A DNA stretch of 64,000 nt from Marsupella aquatica. Its lineage: Eukaryota; Plantae; Marchantiophyta. The position numbers and the translations under genes are program-made. Under the pieces are notes generated by a model. It did not search any database and was not told where the DNA came from. It was given only the letters and a program-made list of their open reading frames with translations. Shown in pieces: positions 24,301 through 37,536 of the stretch (its first letter is position 1; each line of letters opens with the position of its first letter). The DNA lies in the NCBI GenBank assembly GCA_973895155.1, contig OZ316895.1, positions 19,234,803 through 19,298,802 of the forward strand. Reading direction: 5' to 3'.

Positions 24301-26520
24301 TTTCCAATTCAAAATGGCAGAGAGTAGTACTTCTGTCCAGCATCTCCAAGTGCATTGTGAACGGGAGCAAACAATAATGTTCAATGAAGATGCAGACATT
24401 GTAGATGTGGTTGAAAGGGAATCAGACAGGGACACCACTTTGATAGGATGGTTCAAGGCAAACGCAATGTTTGAATCAGCACGCCATATCACTTACACAA
24501 ATTTCCCTCAAGAATGGACGTGGAACAAGGCTCAACAAAAATGGACTCCACGTCAACAAAGGTTCAGCATAGGGCGAATGTATTTTGTGGTGCCATCGGC
24601 AGGGGAAAGATATTATTTGCGAGCCCTCTTGATTGTTGTCACTGGGGCTCAGAGTTTTGAAGATCTCCGAATGTTTGAGAACGTGGTGCATCCAACGTTC
24701 AAAGAGGCGGCCCTTGCGCGTGGATTGTACGAGAATGATGTAGAGTGGGATAGGTGTCTTAGCGAGGCGGGCCTCATGCAGACTGGCTCATAGCTTCGAT
24801 GATTGTTCATCACCATCCTCATCTTTGGAGGTCCAACACAACCCTGTGACCTCTGGACAAGTCACGCTTCAAAGTTGAGTGACGATTGTTGTCATTGCCT
24901 TCTAAGCATGGGTATTCTTGAACCCTCAGAAGAACAACAAAGGAGCTTTGCCCTGTATTTGATTGGACAGTCATTGCACACCCAAGGGAAGATGTTGGGC
25001 GAATTTGGGTTGCCCCTCCCTTCGGAGCAATTTTGTGAAGATCTGGCAAACACCAATCAATTGATACGGGAGGAGATGTCTTATTGCCAAGAGGATTTGT
25101 TACAACAATTGGCTAAGCAGGAGCCTTTGTTAAATGTTGGGCAACGTACTGCTTACACTGCAATATTGGAGGCGGTTCAGGGTCGTGAGGCTTCCACATT
25201 CTTCATCGATGGGCCAGGAGGGACGGGGAAGACCTTTGTGGAGAATGTTCTTCTACGTAGGGTGCGGGCTGATGGGGACGTAGCTTTGGCTGTGGCTTCT
25301 TCGGGAATTGCAGGTTTGTTGTTGGATGGAGGTCGCACAACACATTCAAGGTTTAAGCTTCCTCTCAATCCCGATGCTCAATCTCTATGCAATGTGAAGA
25401 AGCAAACGGAACTTGCTGAATTATTGCAAAGGACAACATTCATTTTGTGGGATGAAGCACCTATGGTTCATCAACATGCTGTGAAGGCGCTTGACAGGAC
25501 ACTTCGCGACATAAGAGAAGACAACAGAAAGTTTGGGGGACTGGCGGTTGCATTTGCAGGGGACTTTCGACAAGTGTTGCCGGTGAAGGCAAGAGCAAGC
25601 CGTGCGCAGATTGTGGGAGGATGCTTGAAGAAATCTCACATTTGGCACTCTGTGAAAACATTCAAGCTTACGGAGAATATGCATGCGCGGGGTACATCCA
25701 CTTCAATTGAGTTTGGGAACCAAACCTTCCAAGATTGGCTCCTTCAACTTGGGGATGATAAATTGCCAAAGCAAGGAGCGTTAAATAACATGATTATGGT
25801 CTCGCCATCCATGGTGGAAAACATTGTTGACACCGACTCCTTGATTCGTGCAATTTATCCATCATTGGAGAATATTGATGACAAGTTCCTAAGCGAGAGA
25901 ACAATATTGGCGCCAACGAACGAGGAGGCACTCAAGATCAACAGTTCAATATTGGAAGGGCTTGCAGGAGATGCACACACCTTCTTAAGTATAGATCGCC
26001 CGGATCAATTGGAAGGACGTGACTTTTACCCTACTGAGTTCTTGAATACGCTAACATCCAGCAGTTTGCCTCCGCACAAGCTGGTACTTAAGGTTGGATG
26101 CCCTGTTATTCTTTTATGTAATGTCGACTTCACTACAGGATTATGTAACGGGACACGACTCATAGTACGTACAATCAATAGTCGTGTCATAGAGGCGCGG
26201 GTTCTTGCAGACAAACATGCAGGGAACATAACGTTCATACCAGTATTCCATTGACGTCAGATGAGGGACTTCCTTTCATGCTGCGAAGAGTCCAATTCCC
26301 GATTCAAGTGGCATATTCCATGACTATTAATAAGGCACAAGGTCAGACTTTAGAACATGTAGGATTGCAACTTTCTAAGTCGGTTTTCAGTCATGGTCAA
26401 TTGTATGTTGCCTTTTCAAGAGAAACATGTCCTACAAGGATAAAAGTGTTACTTCCAGATAGTGAAGATGGAGAAGCAAAGTTGACCAAAAATGTTGTAT
26501 ATGATGAAGTTCTCTACTAA
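21380..26520 (+). pseudogene. Helitron Rep/helicase (HUH Rep plus PIF1-type SF1 helicase), disrupted
   Basis: PDLFITFTCNPEW, VIEFQKRGLPHAHML, KYLYKYVYKGHDR; FIDGPGGTGKTF, WDEAPM, GDFRQVLPV, SMTINKAQGQTL, FSHGQLYVAFSR; stops at 23129, 23690 and 24791, frameshift near 26250, probable intron about 22685-22781. Confidence 0.95.
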
Positions 26521-26699
26521 ATCAATAAAGACCTCATCATGTGTATTCGCTTCAAAATATTTTATCAAGTGTGAATGTTATTCTTTCACTTTTGTACTTA
26601 ACAACATCTTTTACTTCATAACGTCTTTGAGTAATGACATATTTTGCTTATCGACTATATTGTACTTACAACATCGTTATCCTTAACCAAATTTTTTTC

Positions 26700-27050
26700 T
26701 CAACAACGTCTTGGGGGACACAACGTCTTTTTTCCCAACGACCTCTTGGCCGCCACACCATCTTCTCTCTCCACGACCTCTTGGCCGTCACAACATCTTT
26801 TCTAAGTATCCACGACCTCTTGGCCGCCACAACATCTTCTCTCTCCACGACCTCTTGGCCGTCACAACATCTTTTCTATCCACGACCTCTTGGCCGCCAC
26901 AACATCTTTTCTCTCCACGACCTCTTGGCCGCTACAACATCTTTTCTCTCCACGACTTCTTGGGCGCCACAAAATCTTAACTCTCAACGACCTCTTGGCC
27001 GCCACAACATCTTTTTTTCTCAACGACATCTTGGCCGACACGACTTCTTT
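26700..27050 (+). repeat. About 33-bp subterminal minisatellite of the Helitron
   Basis: CCACGACCTCTTGGCCGCCACAACATCTTTTCT-type unit, about 10 copies. Confidence 0.95.
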
Positions 27051-27051
27051 T

Positions 27052-27076
27052 GTGCAACGCACGGGTATTGAGCTAG
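27052..27076 (+). mobile_element. Helitron 3' terminus
   Basis: GTGCAACGCAC hairpin, then GGGTATTGAG-CTAG|T. Confidence 0.9.
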
Positions 27077-28046
27077 TTCACAATAACATCAACCAATCAA
27101 AACTGAAATCACTATAGAACAAAAGGCTACAGAATCCACCTAAGCAAACTTGAACCAAACTAAGAAAACTATCTCGGACAGATTTTTGGACCCATCCTCA
27201 ATGCAAAGTCCAGAGTCCTACGCAATGTGCCTTCTATGTCAAACATCGAGGCTTAACAAGAATGAAAGACCGAAATCTCTCAGCAGCACAATGCAAATGT
27301 AGCTCACGTCCTGACATTCGTCTGAGCAGCATGTCAGAAAGGTAGGCCTCATCAACTAAGCTCACGCACAGAGCTCAAGCTCACTCGTTGAAGTTCAAAC
27401 TGCCATGCCTCGCGGTGCTCTCATCGACCTGCTTGTGAGGATTCACCTTGGTGCCTTGCAGTGTTCTCATCGACCTCCTTCGCGAGGTTTCAACTAAGGT
27501 TTTGACTACGGTTTCAGATGGGCAGGGGTAGCAAGTAACGGTCAAAAAATAAGCAACGGCCATCAGCAAAAGTCCGCGGCGATGGCCTGTCAACCAGCCT
27601 GCCGGTCTCCCATCATTTTTTTGTACGGGGCCATTCCGAAGCAACCCGGGCAACATCATTTGGTTGCAACTTCAATATTGAGTCCCCCTAATAATGCCCT
27701 ACTGAAATGATCTTAGTGCGGTCTGATGGTGCTGAGACTTTGGGACATTTTGTGGCTACAGGAAGATGTCAGGGCAGGAACCGGACAGTAAGTTATCCGC
27801 AGATGATGGAATCTTCTTATCTGCAGGACAAGATAAATTTAGCCTGTGGTATTCCAGCCATAGACCACAAAATTTCAAATTGTTTACTCCCCCTCACGTG
27901 TTGGATTTGGACATAGACATCTCCCCACGATACTGATAGATTTTCCAGGGAAGTATCAAATTCGAGCTGCTGAGGGAGAGGCACAGAAAACTAGGGTAAC
28001 AAGAGGTGCAGTGGTACGAGAGACCACTAGGTGAGCTTCGGCACCA

Positions 28047-30590
28047 ATGGCCCGAGCAATTGTGCAGCGCGTGTTTCCAGGGGAGTTGCTGGCTGATGAG
28101 ACATATGAGTTGGTCGTGACAGATGTGAGCGAAGGAGCGGTGAAGCCCGGCCATGTGCTTGTAAAACTCACCTTGCGGCCCGTGCATCCCATCGACCTCC
28201 TCATCGTCCGCACTGGAGAGCTCGTCAGATACAAAGACCAGGGCGTCACACTTGGCTCCGAGGGCGTTGGGGTTGTCGCCGAGGTAAGCCTTCTCTCTCC
28301 ATACCTCCCTCTCCCTGGAGAAATGGATGATCCGATGCCACGAATTGATGCAACGGGCGGAGAGGTCAAAACAGGGCCCTGCCATGGAGGATTGATTTGA
28401 ATTTTAAAAACAGTTTACTCATCACTGTCCCTTCCCCTTGGCCCTCACATTCATCGATTCCTTCTCTCCCCCCTGGCTTTAATGTCTCTGGAAGGGTGGT
28501 GCCCCCTTATGCTTCAGCTCCGGTGGAGCATCTGTAGAGAGGATGCACTTTGTGTATTCAGCTTGCAAAAAGAGTTCTACCTCCGCTATGTTGAAGTACT
28601 CACATGGAAGTAAGGGGCATGGGAGGTGGAAAATCTGAAGGGTGTCGCCAACAAGAGGCTTGACCTGAAAACCGTTCTTTCACTTATTCTAACCCATGAT
28701 ATTAAATCTCCCACCCATAAAACCTCAATACCTTAGTAGCAAGCGGGTGGAGGAGAAACAACCTCAGGGTCTGCTACGAAGAGGCTTAATCTTAAGACTT
28801 CATTCGTTGTCCCATATTCTTAAAGATTTGATTTGATTTGATATTTCGTAAAGCTGAAAGCGTGTTTTTAATCCTTCTATCTCTACTGTTGTTTTTACCC
28901 TTGCGGAAATTGGTCGGTCTCGATGGATCGTTGGGGCAGCTCAACTCATCTCAAAGAATTCACACAAGTCCTATCAAATATTGTCTTACTTGAATTTTGA
29001 TCCGTGTGCTCTTGCTGATGCATGTTGCAACTTTCTTTACTCAGCTCAGGTCACGGGCCAATGCTCTGGTGTAGGTTTATTGACGACAATTGTGTTAAAC
29101 TAGTCTGACGAGGAATGCCATTCGTTTGCTGCTTGCATAGATTAGATCGGTGAAGGAGTGAAAGGCTTCACGCTCGGGCAGAGGGTAGTACCTATTTTGT
29201 TCTGGAAGTATTTTCGAAGCGGTGTTGGTGGGATTGGATCTTGGCAAGACTATGTGGAAGTGGCAGCAGACGATTTAGTCGCGGTTCCTAATTCGGTATC
29301 AGATGAAGTAGCCTGCCAGTACGTGATCAATCCCTGGACCGCCCATGGTCTTCTGGTTGACATCGCGGTACCAAAGGGGAAGTATCTATTGCTGTCCGCA
29401 GCTAGCTCGGTCATTGGAAGGTATTATTCCACACCATTACAGAATTTCTTAAATGGTTATGTAGTAGGAAAGATGTTTCTTTGCTCCTCTTGCATAGTGG
29501 GACTTCCCAGCAACTGCAAAGAACCTTAATGAGGAAAGTGATGGATTGGATTGGCAGACAACTTATTCAAATTGCAAGTCATTGGGGCATTCGTCCTATT
29601 GCTATTGTTCGCCGTGATGGCCTTGAGGAGGAACTGAAGGCACTAGGAGCTTGTCATGTCATAAATTCATGTGCTGATGGTAATGCAGTACTTCCTTCAG
29701 ATGACACTTACGCTTTGGGCTTGAGCTAGTACCATCCACAACTTAATTTATGAGGAGGACGAAAGGGACTAGGAGCTTGTCATGTCATAAATTCATGTAC
29801 TGATGGTAATGCAGTACTTCCTTCAGATAGAACTTACATTTTGGGCTTGAGCTAGTTATATCCACAACTTAAATTCTGTTGATTTTATGCCAATACTTCT
29901 AAAACTTGTTGACGAAAGCTGCAGTGATGACACCAATCTTGCTACGTGACTCCAAATCTAAAAGAGGCCCGAAAGTAGAATGACCTCTTGCAGCCCCTTA
30001 GAAAGTCGTCGGACTTAGAAATTGTGGCGCATTTTCGCAGACATAGTGGCAACTGTAAAAGAAATTACTGGTGGGAAAGGTGCTTATGCTGCTTTGGATG
30101 GTGTTTGTGGTTCAATGACAAAGGTTCTGTTCTCACTCTTGACATACAAAATATTCAATTTGGGACAAGTGATGAACTCCAATACTTGATTAGTCGTTTT
30201 AATCCAAGAACAGAAATTTGACATCACTTAATGCAACTCTTTCCTGGTTACCAGTTTGAATCACTGACGCTCTTGGGTACTGTACAGAGCATTGGAGCAA
30301 GTGTGAGGGATGGAGGGAGGTTGTTTCTGTTTGGAACGCTTGGGGGTACAGATTTTTCCTTCAGTGCCCGAGACTTGATAAGACATGTGCACTTAAGTTG
30401 GTGGATGCTGACACCCTACTTGGAGAATCCTGCCAACTATGAACGCACAAAAAGGGAAGTTATGGAAATGTTAGAAAGCTGTGTTTTGCAACCACATGCC
30501 GGGAAAAAATTCCACCTCACAGAGTTCAAAGAAGCGATCAAAGAATCACAAAAGGATTCAAGAGGCGGCAAAGTACTTCTAATTGATTAA
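28047..30590 (+). CDS. MDR-superfamily NAD(P)H-dependent oxidoreductase (enoyl-thioester reductase / quinone oxidoreductase-like), 5 exons, 339 aa, apparently intact host gene
   Basis: Exons 28047-28283, 29146-29420, 29558-29679, 30041-30123 and 30288-30590 with GT-AG introns total 1020 nt in frame; motifs RPVHPIDL, GSEGVGVV, GSWQDYV, VINPWTA, SAASSVIGR, ITGGKGAYAALDGV, RGGKVLL. Confidence 0.9.
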
Positions 30591-31858
30591 TTTGCGACAC
30601 TATTGAAAGTTTTAAAAGGTATGCATCATTCTAGAGATGGACCACCTTATTTCAACGACAGGGATGCAGGTAATTTCCAGGTAAGGGATATTTGACTGTA
30701 GACTGCTGTCAACAGGTGGACAGTTTGTTGAGAGTTTGGACCATGTTGGTGACGGTATGGCAGTTACAGCAGTACGTGATGAAAGCGCCTCCATTGGAAG
30801 GACGCGATGAATTGGGCCTGCGGATTGCAAAATGTTCCAGTTGATGCAGGTTTAGTCTGTCTTTTGTTTTCTCCTTAGTATTTACGCATAACCTTCTAAG
30901 TACTTCTGGCAATTACTCTGTTAGATTGGTTACCTTTTAACAAGGCATTGGATCTGCCTACTTTCTGCATGACGTGGTTGGGTTGTTCCCTCTGACATCC
31001 ACGTCCTTTCCGACTTTTTTAAGCTTTGTTTATTCCGCTAAGGTTAATTAGAGCTTGCAAAAGCCGGTGTAAGACTGTTGATGGAGGAGAGTTGCCAAGC
31101 CTTAGAATTGTCGTCATAGAGATTCACTTGTTCAAGGCAGAGGTGCACTAGCCCCAACAGCGATGAACGTTGATGATCGTTGATGATCAACCAGCAAACT
31201 GAGGTGGGCACAGACTATTGTGCGAATTCTAAATACATTTGAGTGACACACTGGCGGTGGTGTTTTGTTATCGCTGTTTCTACACGACCGTTCAACAGAC
31301 CAAGGTTGTATACGATATACTACGCATATGCCCATTCGAGCATGCTCAAGCTTGCCCCGGTTCGAGAAAGAGATTCATTAAGTCAGGCGCAAGCCTGATT
31401 TTGCAAAACTGTTTGTACCTGATTTTGCTGAGACTGTTGTTTCCTAAAATGTTTGACGTGAAAATCGTCATGATTTCATGGGTGCGACTCTGATGCTGGA
31501 TCCACTGAAAAGGCAATTTTGCTAGTAGAACACTTAAAAGACAATTATATTAGTAATACTGGTAATGATTCATTCCCCCACAATGATATTCAGACAATGA
31601 TATTGAGACAAATCTCAGGCTTTCCGAGAGGATCAGTAAGATGGGAGAATATAGTTAACTTGAGTATCGCTTCTCAAATGGGCAGTGTACGGGGTAGTGT
31701 CATTTCTGAGGTGAATATACATCCGGGGTTTGCTAATGCTTGCTTCCAGTCGTAAAAGCAAGACTTTTTGGAATGACTGCAACAGTTGTTTCTATCTAAA
31801 TAAAAAAGCACATCAGTGACTCCTTGTTCAGTAGGGACTGGATAGGATGGAATGTACA

Positions 31859-32746
31859 ACTATAATACTTAATCCTGTCCATTTTTGTTTCGTCTCTTTA
31901 CTAATTCACATTTGGGCAAGATTGATTCTAGATCGTCGAATCATATCATCATATTTTTCTGACCTTTGATTAGGAAAAATTGGGGAGTGTTGCACTTACT
32001 TGATCATATCTCTCTGACCATCAGGAAAAATGGAGGAGTGTTGCACTTGATTCTAGATCGTCAAATCATGTCATCATATTTTTCTGACATTTGATCAGGA
32101 AAAATGGGGAGTGTTGCACTTACTAGGGTCCTGCCTTGGCTGTACTCCAGGCCAGTAGAGTTTGTCATCCGCGGATGGCAAGAACTGTACCCTTGCCATA
32201 GGCCAGCCCTGTGTTCTTTGTTGCCACTTCACAAGGACAGTACCTAGGTGTACTCTCTCCCTGCATCTGGAGTTTCTGTACTAAACTGTCATTAATGAAT
32301 AGCAGGACACAAGGAAGCAATTCAGCAAAACAAAGGATGAGGTAGGTCTGATTTGCATTGAGGAGTGAAAGGAGGGGGGGGGGGGGGGGGTGTTGGGAGG
32401 AGAGCTTTAAATGCTCCCTCCCTTTGGGGGCACTTGATTACTGGGCCCAAGGCCCTATGCTGAAGGGGCGGGGAGCAATATAAGAGGGCACAAGGCCCTA
32501 GGGTAGGCATTCAGGTGCGAGCAGGGGCGAGGAGGGCCCAAAGCCCTATGCACGAGCCAGGAGGGTCCGAGGCCCTATGGAGGAGCATTTAGTGGGGAGG
32601 AGGTGGAGCCGGGCTCTCTTTGACATCTTTTGCTCACCTTGACATCTTTAATCACCTAAACATGTTTTGCTCACCTCAACATCATTTTTCTCATCGACAT
32701 CTTTATCACCTTGACATCTTCGAGCAACGCACGGGCATTGGGCTAG
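31859..32746 (+). mobile_element. Non-autonomous Helitron
   Basis: 3' end GCAACGCACGGGCATTGGG-CTAG|T closely matches the end at 27076 and is preceded by ACATCTT-type repeats; 5' end (A)CTATAATACTTAAT is approximate; internal direct repeats at 31920-32120. Confidence 0.7.
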
Positions 32747-33035
32747 TTTGAAATAAATCACAAGAACGACATTGTTGTAGTGAGCATCGTTTGGGTTAGA
32801 AGAAAACAAAACTGCAGTTAACTTGTAACTAGCGGATCCTCCCCCCCCTCTGTTTTTTCCATGTCCACCACCTCTGATAAACTAGATTGAGGTCAAACAT
32901 TGAGGTCAAAGCTTATTCTTTTCCTACTGTCAAATGTCTGCTCATTCCTACCTAGCCAAATATTCCAGAGTACTTGGTACAACATGCAGGCCTGAAGTCT
33001 GCTTGTAGTCCAGTGGATTCTAGTAGGGGGAGCAA

Positions 33036-33900
33036 CTAGAAAGGGGGCCATGTGAAACACCCTCTCATACAATCCTGTATCAACCTAGCATGCACACACT
33101 CAAAGAAGATATGAAAGATAATTTTCCAAGAGTTGAGACACAACAAACATTTCCCTGTTCCTTTGCCAATCTTCAGAGCTCTTAGTCCCGAGAATAGGCC
33201 CTGCAGTAATCCGCCAAATGAAGGTCTTAGCCCTCGTTGAGAGATCAAGTGTCCACATGTTGAGCGAGAGCTCACTCCACTCTCTTTCCGTCCTTGAGCC
33301 TCCCCATATTCTGTTGAGTCTGCTAGTGTCCTATCCTTGAGGTCTAAGCAATTGATACACCTGCTGGTTTTCTAATCTGAATTCTCTCATCCTGTCCATA
33401 TTGTCCACCCAACGCCAAAACTCCAGTTTGGTCTCACTTCCCAATTGACACAGTCTAGCAGAACAGATAGTGCTGATCAATTGTCTGCTCAGCATCCAAA
33501 GCGAGTTGTCAATACCTCAAACTCTGTCTAATCTTTCCATCACTGACAACCAGCAGCCTTCTTGCACCAACCACAAAGCATCCACTCTTTTGAGTCCAAT
33601 TCTACCACATACCTCTACAATAGAGTTTGGACTATCTTCAGTTAAGGATTAGAATCCCTGCACATTTGATCAAGTCTAACATCTCCCAGTGACCAGGGAT
33701 AATCCCATTCTCCAGACAGAAGCGTGTCTTCCCTATGCTTGCCTTGGTTAGTTTGTGGGGGTGTTGGGGTTGAAATATTCCATTTTGGAGAGTAATCTAC
33801 AATGGGCTTTCTTTTGAGGTGTCGAGCCTTTATTGGTCATTTTTAAGCTATGTGCTATCATCTCAATGCCCATGACTGGAATTAAGTCATTTGGCCAGTC
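33036..33900 (-). pseudogene. Decayed L1-like LINE ORF2 3' region
   Basis: KCLLC...HIFFECVHARLI resembles the C-terminal zinc-binding motif of plant L1 ORF2; boundaries approximate. Confidence 0.5.
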
Positions 33901-34319
33901 ATATTTGATGTCATATAAGCCAATGAAATGACCACAACAATAGTCATTAGAGAGATCACTTTTTTGTCATTGAGGACCACCACAAATCATCCATGTGGGC
34001 CTAGGATCTAGAGGTGGGCCCTGAAGTTCCCCAGGACACGACACAACCCATTGAGAGGGTCAAGAGATGAATTGCAAAGACATTGAGTCACTTTGCAATT
34101 AATGAAACCATAAAATTTGTTATCATCGAGCAAAACATGCAACCCTTACTTGGGTCATATGATGAGAGGCCCTACAAAAATCTCTATGCTACGACTTGAT
34201 GTCCACCCAAGGTGCTCAATTTCATCAGTTATCAGACATCCCGCCATAAACTATGGAGAAACTTACCTTGGCACTTGAGGTTGACTCTATATTTGTTATT
34301 CACCTTTGTCACCTAAAGT

Positions 34320-36247
34320 TTGGTGAATCTCAGCTTGGCAGCTGAGCAGAGCTCAATCTTGGCTACTCTCGCCAAGATGGTAGTACAGAACAGCAAAAAT
34401 CAAAATAAAAAACTTTCCTATTTTTTTTAGTTTTCTGTACCATGTACCAGGTCCATAAAGTACAGACAAAGGGGCAATCTTGGCTAATCTTGCCAAGAAT
34501 GACATTGGCACAAAAACAAGAAGGAATTTTAAATATTATATTTTTGCCATGGCATCTTGGCGGACTCTTTGAGATGATGTGGCCACTGATGGACTTGACT
34601 GTAACTGATAATATTGGTTTACTTACTCATGGGCACAACAACCATCATGCAATGTATGGGCATTTGACTAAATAAATGTAGTCAAACCCCTAGCTTGCGG
34701 GCATATTGTCATACCAATGACTCAGTTGCTAATCCAAATATCAACCTTAGCATGACATAAAGTGTAAGTGAGTTTATTAGAGTCATAATCTGTCCGTAAT
34801 GGACAAAGCTAAGTTTCCTACAAATAGTAGTTCAAAGTAAATTGATTACAAAATCTATAGTACATGCAAGAAACAAGTGCTTATTTTCCTATGAAGGTTG
34901 CTCTATATAACCTCTATCTCCAAGATTTATGATTCTACAATTATGGTTTTTTTTGGGTTCCACTTGCCATTACAAAGATAAAGATGAGGAAATTGTTTCC
35001 ATTTGTCATTACTAGAAGATTTTTGACTAAAAAAGTAATCTTTCCCAAACAAAGAATGTGATAAGGGAGCTTACCCCAAAATGCCAAAACTATTACCACA
35101 TCTTGCATTATTGATTCCTTTTACTAGGAAACTTAGTGGTTGGACGAGCTTAATGAATCAATGAGCAACTTAACCCTCATACAGGAAAACCTTACAGACC
35201 TCAAATGGACCCACAACTTTGTCAAGAGCTTACTTGGACTTCATGAAGTATTTTTCCCGGGGTAACAAACTTCACCAAACTTAGATAGTACATTTTTGTT
35301 TTCTGTTGTTAAAAACCATTTTAGCTAGTTTTAGTTTAGGTTTGAGGCATGAAAGGGTATGCCCTTTCACCCTCCAAATAAGGAAGACCTTTCACTCTGG
35401 TCTCTACCACTATATAGGTTAGATGTTTTTCCTTTGTTGGGGTTGAAGTTCTTCCTTTGTTCCGAGAGGAGGAAAGGAGAAGTTACTCGCAAGTTTGCTC
35501 CGGCAAACTTTGTCCCTTGTCAGCTTAGGAATAGCCTAGAGCTAAGTGAAGTTTAGGCTATGGCCGAGGTTGTATTAAGGAGTCTTCTTCCCTTCTTTGG
35601 TGTTGATGTTTGTTTCACCACACCTTCAAAGTAAAACCTTTTATTACTCATGTTTCGAAGACCCGAGTCGGCAGATTCCGTCATGTCGGTGACTTGACCT
35701 CATCTTTGAACTTTTGGAGTTAAGCTATGGTGATAGAGAATTGCTTGAGCACGGGATGCTAAGATTTCTCGATGCACCTAGACTTTGGATTCTGTTTGTG
35801 AATGATGATGCAGACATTCATCTCTTTTAGTACCGCAAGGATGTCGAAGTAGTAGTCTATTAGCCATTTCCAAGTACCGCCCTTGAGGAAAGGAAATGCA
35901 TGTTGACGGCATTTTAATATGACTCTCTAGTAGCCATTCCGAGCCACAAAGAAGCGATGGGTTCTCCATCTTAAGTCCTCACTCATAGAATGATGAAGGG
36001 AAGGAACCTTGACATATGTCAGCCTCTCTCTTCATACCCCGAAAGCATACTTTTTGCTTGTGTTTTGTTAGTTGAATCATTTTTGTTAATTTTCATTTTT
36101 GTGAGACCATAGAGCTTTGAGTCCAAGCTCTTTAAACCACTCAAAGTTCGTTAAAACCCTCAATCCATTACAACTTGTTCTTTACGGGAACGAATACCGA
36201 GTTTGAAGACCATTAAGTGTGTTTTTGGTTCTTCATAGCAAACTACA
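34320..36247 (+). mobile_element. LTR fragment related to the 7861-12399 LTR
   Basis: 36175-36247 closely matches 12327-12399 (TTGTTCTTTACGGGAA...TTGGTTCTTCATA...AAACTACA); 34328-34580 carries the same ATCT(C/T)GGC...GCC(G/A)AGAT hairpins; left boundary not found. Confidence 0.6.
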
Positions 36248-36679
36248 AAGAGTACCCAACCCCCAAAACAAGGAACAAATTAAGTGCTAGCTTTTAGTGG
36301 TCTTTGCAATTGTGCAATTGTTTTTTTCACATAAGATAGACCCACCCCTCAAGGACAACTTAATTTTGACTGATAGCAAGTCATTTACATAGGAGAGGTT
36401 TGTACGTCCTTGCTAAAGTACAAGTTAAGTTTGAGGGGGGAAATATTAAGTTTAAGTCAAGTACGGATTGAGGGAGTTGTGGGCTACATGCGGAATATGG
36501 TAGTCATGATCAGTTTCAAAATTGGCAGCCCAAGATAATCTGACAAATATTTACAATTGGTAGCTCAATCCAAGCCATTGTTTTTTTTGTTACGTCATTT
36601 TATTGTTGTAGATGAGGCTTTGACATCATTCATTCTAAACTAAATTTTATTTTTTTATTTAAGTAGAAGCAAGTACATT

Positions 36680-37230
36680 CTATTCTTGCTTAGAGTCAAC
36701 CTTTGGTTGAGCTACAGCTTTGGGGGTTACCTCCTCTTGCGGCAACATGAAAATGTCCTTCAAGTTGATCCAAGCGAGTGAGCAAACAACGACTAGTGCA
36801 AACATGGGCTGTGCAAACACATCTTCTCTTCTACCTCCTTCTATGAAGATGAACCAGAGCACAAGAAGGACCCCCCAAAAACTAATCTTGTTGGGTCCAG
36901 CCACAAACAGCAAACCCCCAAGCAAAAAAATTACACACGCCCCCACAAACTCCCAGCTCACACCATAAGGGTAGTTTGCTTCAAACATAGACGGTAAGTT
37001 TGGGATCAATGACACAGAGACGGACCCTGCTGCCCTCTCATTTTCTAAAATGTCCACTGTGAGATTCCATCGTGAGAGAATACTGTCCCATTCAGGCAGT
37101 CAAAATGATTGAGGTTTGTCACTCATGAGTACTTCAGCATTCAACATTAGAGAAGCCGGATAAAGCATAGCTTTGGTCCAATCTTCAGGCATTATTTGCT
37201 TGGTATAACCATATGTGGCAACCAATATAA
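36680..37230 (-). pseudogene. Small multi-pass membrane protein gene with one in-frame stop
   Basis: Frame extends upstream as TYGYTKQIMPEDWTKAMLYPASLML...PQSF*LPEWDSILSRW into the 125-aa ORF, which has about three hydrophobic helices and a C-terminal KVDSKQE; recalled resemblance to an uncharacterised plant membrane family is unverified. Confidence 0.55.
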
Positions 37231-37341
37231 ACTAAATTTTGTGCACATAAATTTAAAGCAACCAATATACAACTCTCCTTTGAATGCAGGGGCCTGACCT
37301 CCATGATAGGAAACAAGAAACAGTATTGATCATAACAAGAA

Positions 37342-37378
37342 AAAGAGTGGTAATGGTAATGGTAATGGTAAAGAGTGG
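37342..37378 (-). mobile_element. Tail-only LINE insertion: (TAATGG)3 between 9-bp direct repeats
   Basis: AAAGAGTGG-TAATGGTAATGGTAATGGT-AAAGAGTGG. Confidence 0.65.
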
Positions 37379-37536
37379 AACAAAACAAGAGATTTGGTAC
37401 TATCATCCACAAAACACGACATAATTCTAGACAAAAAAATAAGGACAATATGTTGGAAAAACAACAACAATTGTCAAAAGGCACGTTTACTAACGCCAAG
37501 CACTACCCAAAATTTTGTTACAGTTACAAAACAACA

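Noticed and set aside
26700-27050. CRISPR-like regular repeats
   Set aside because: Head-to-tail minisatellite without unique spacers, in eukaryotic Helitron context with no cas genes.
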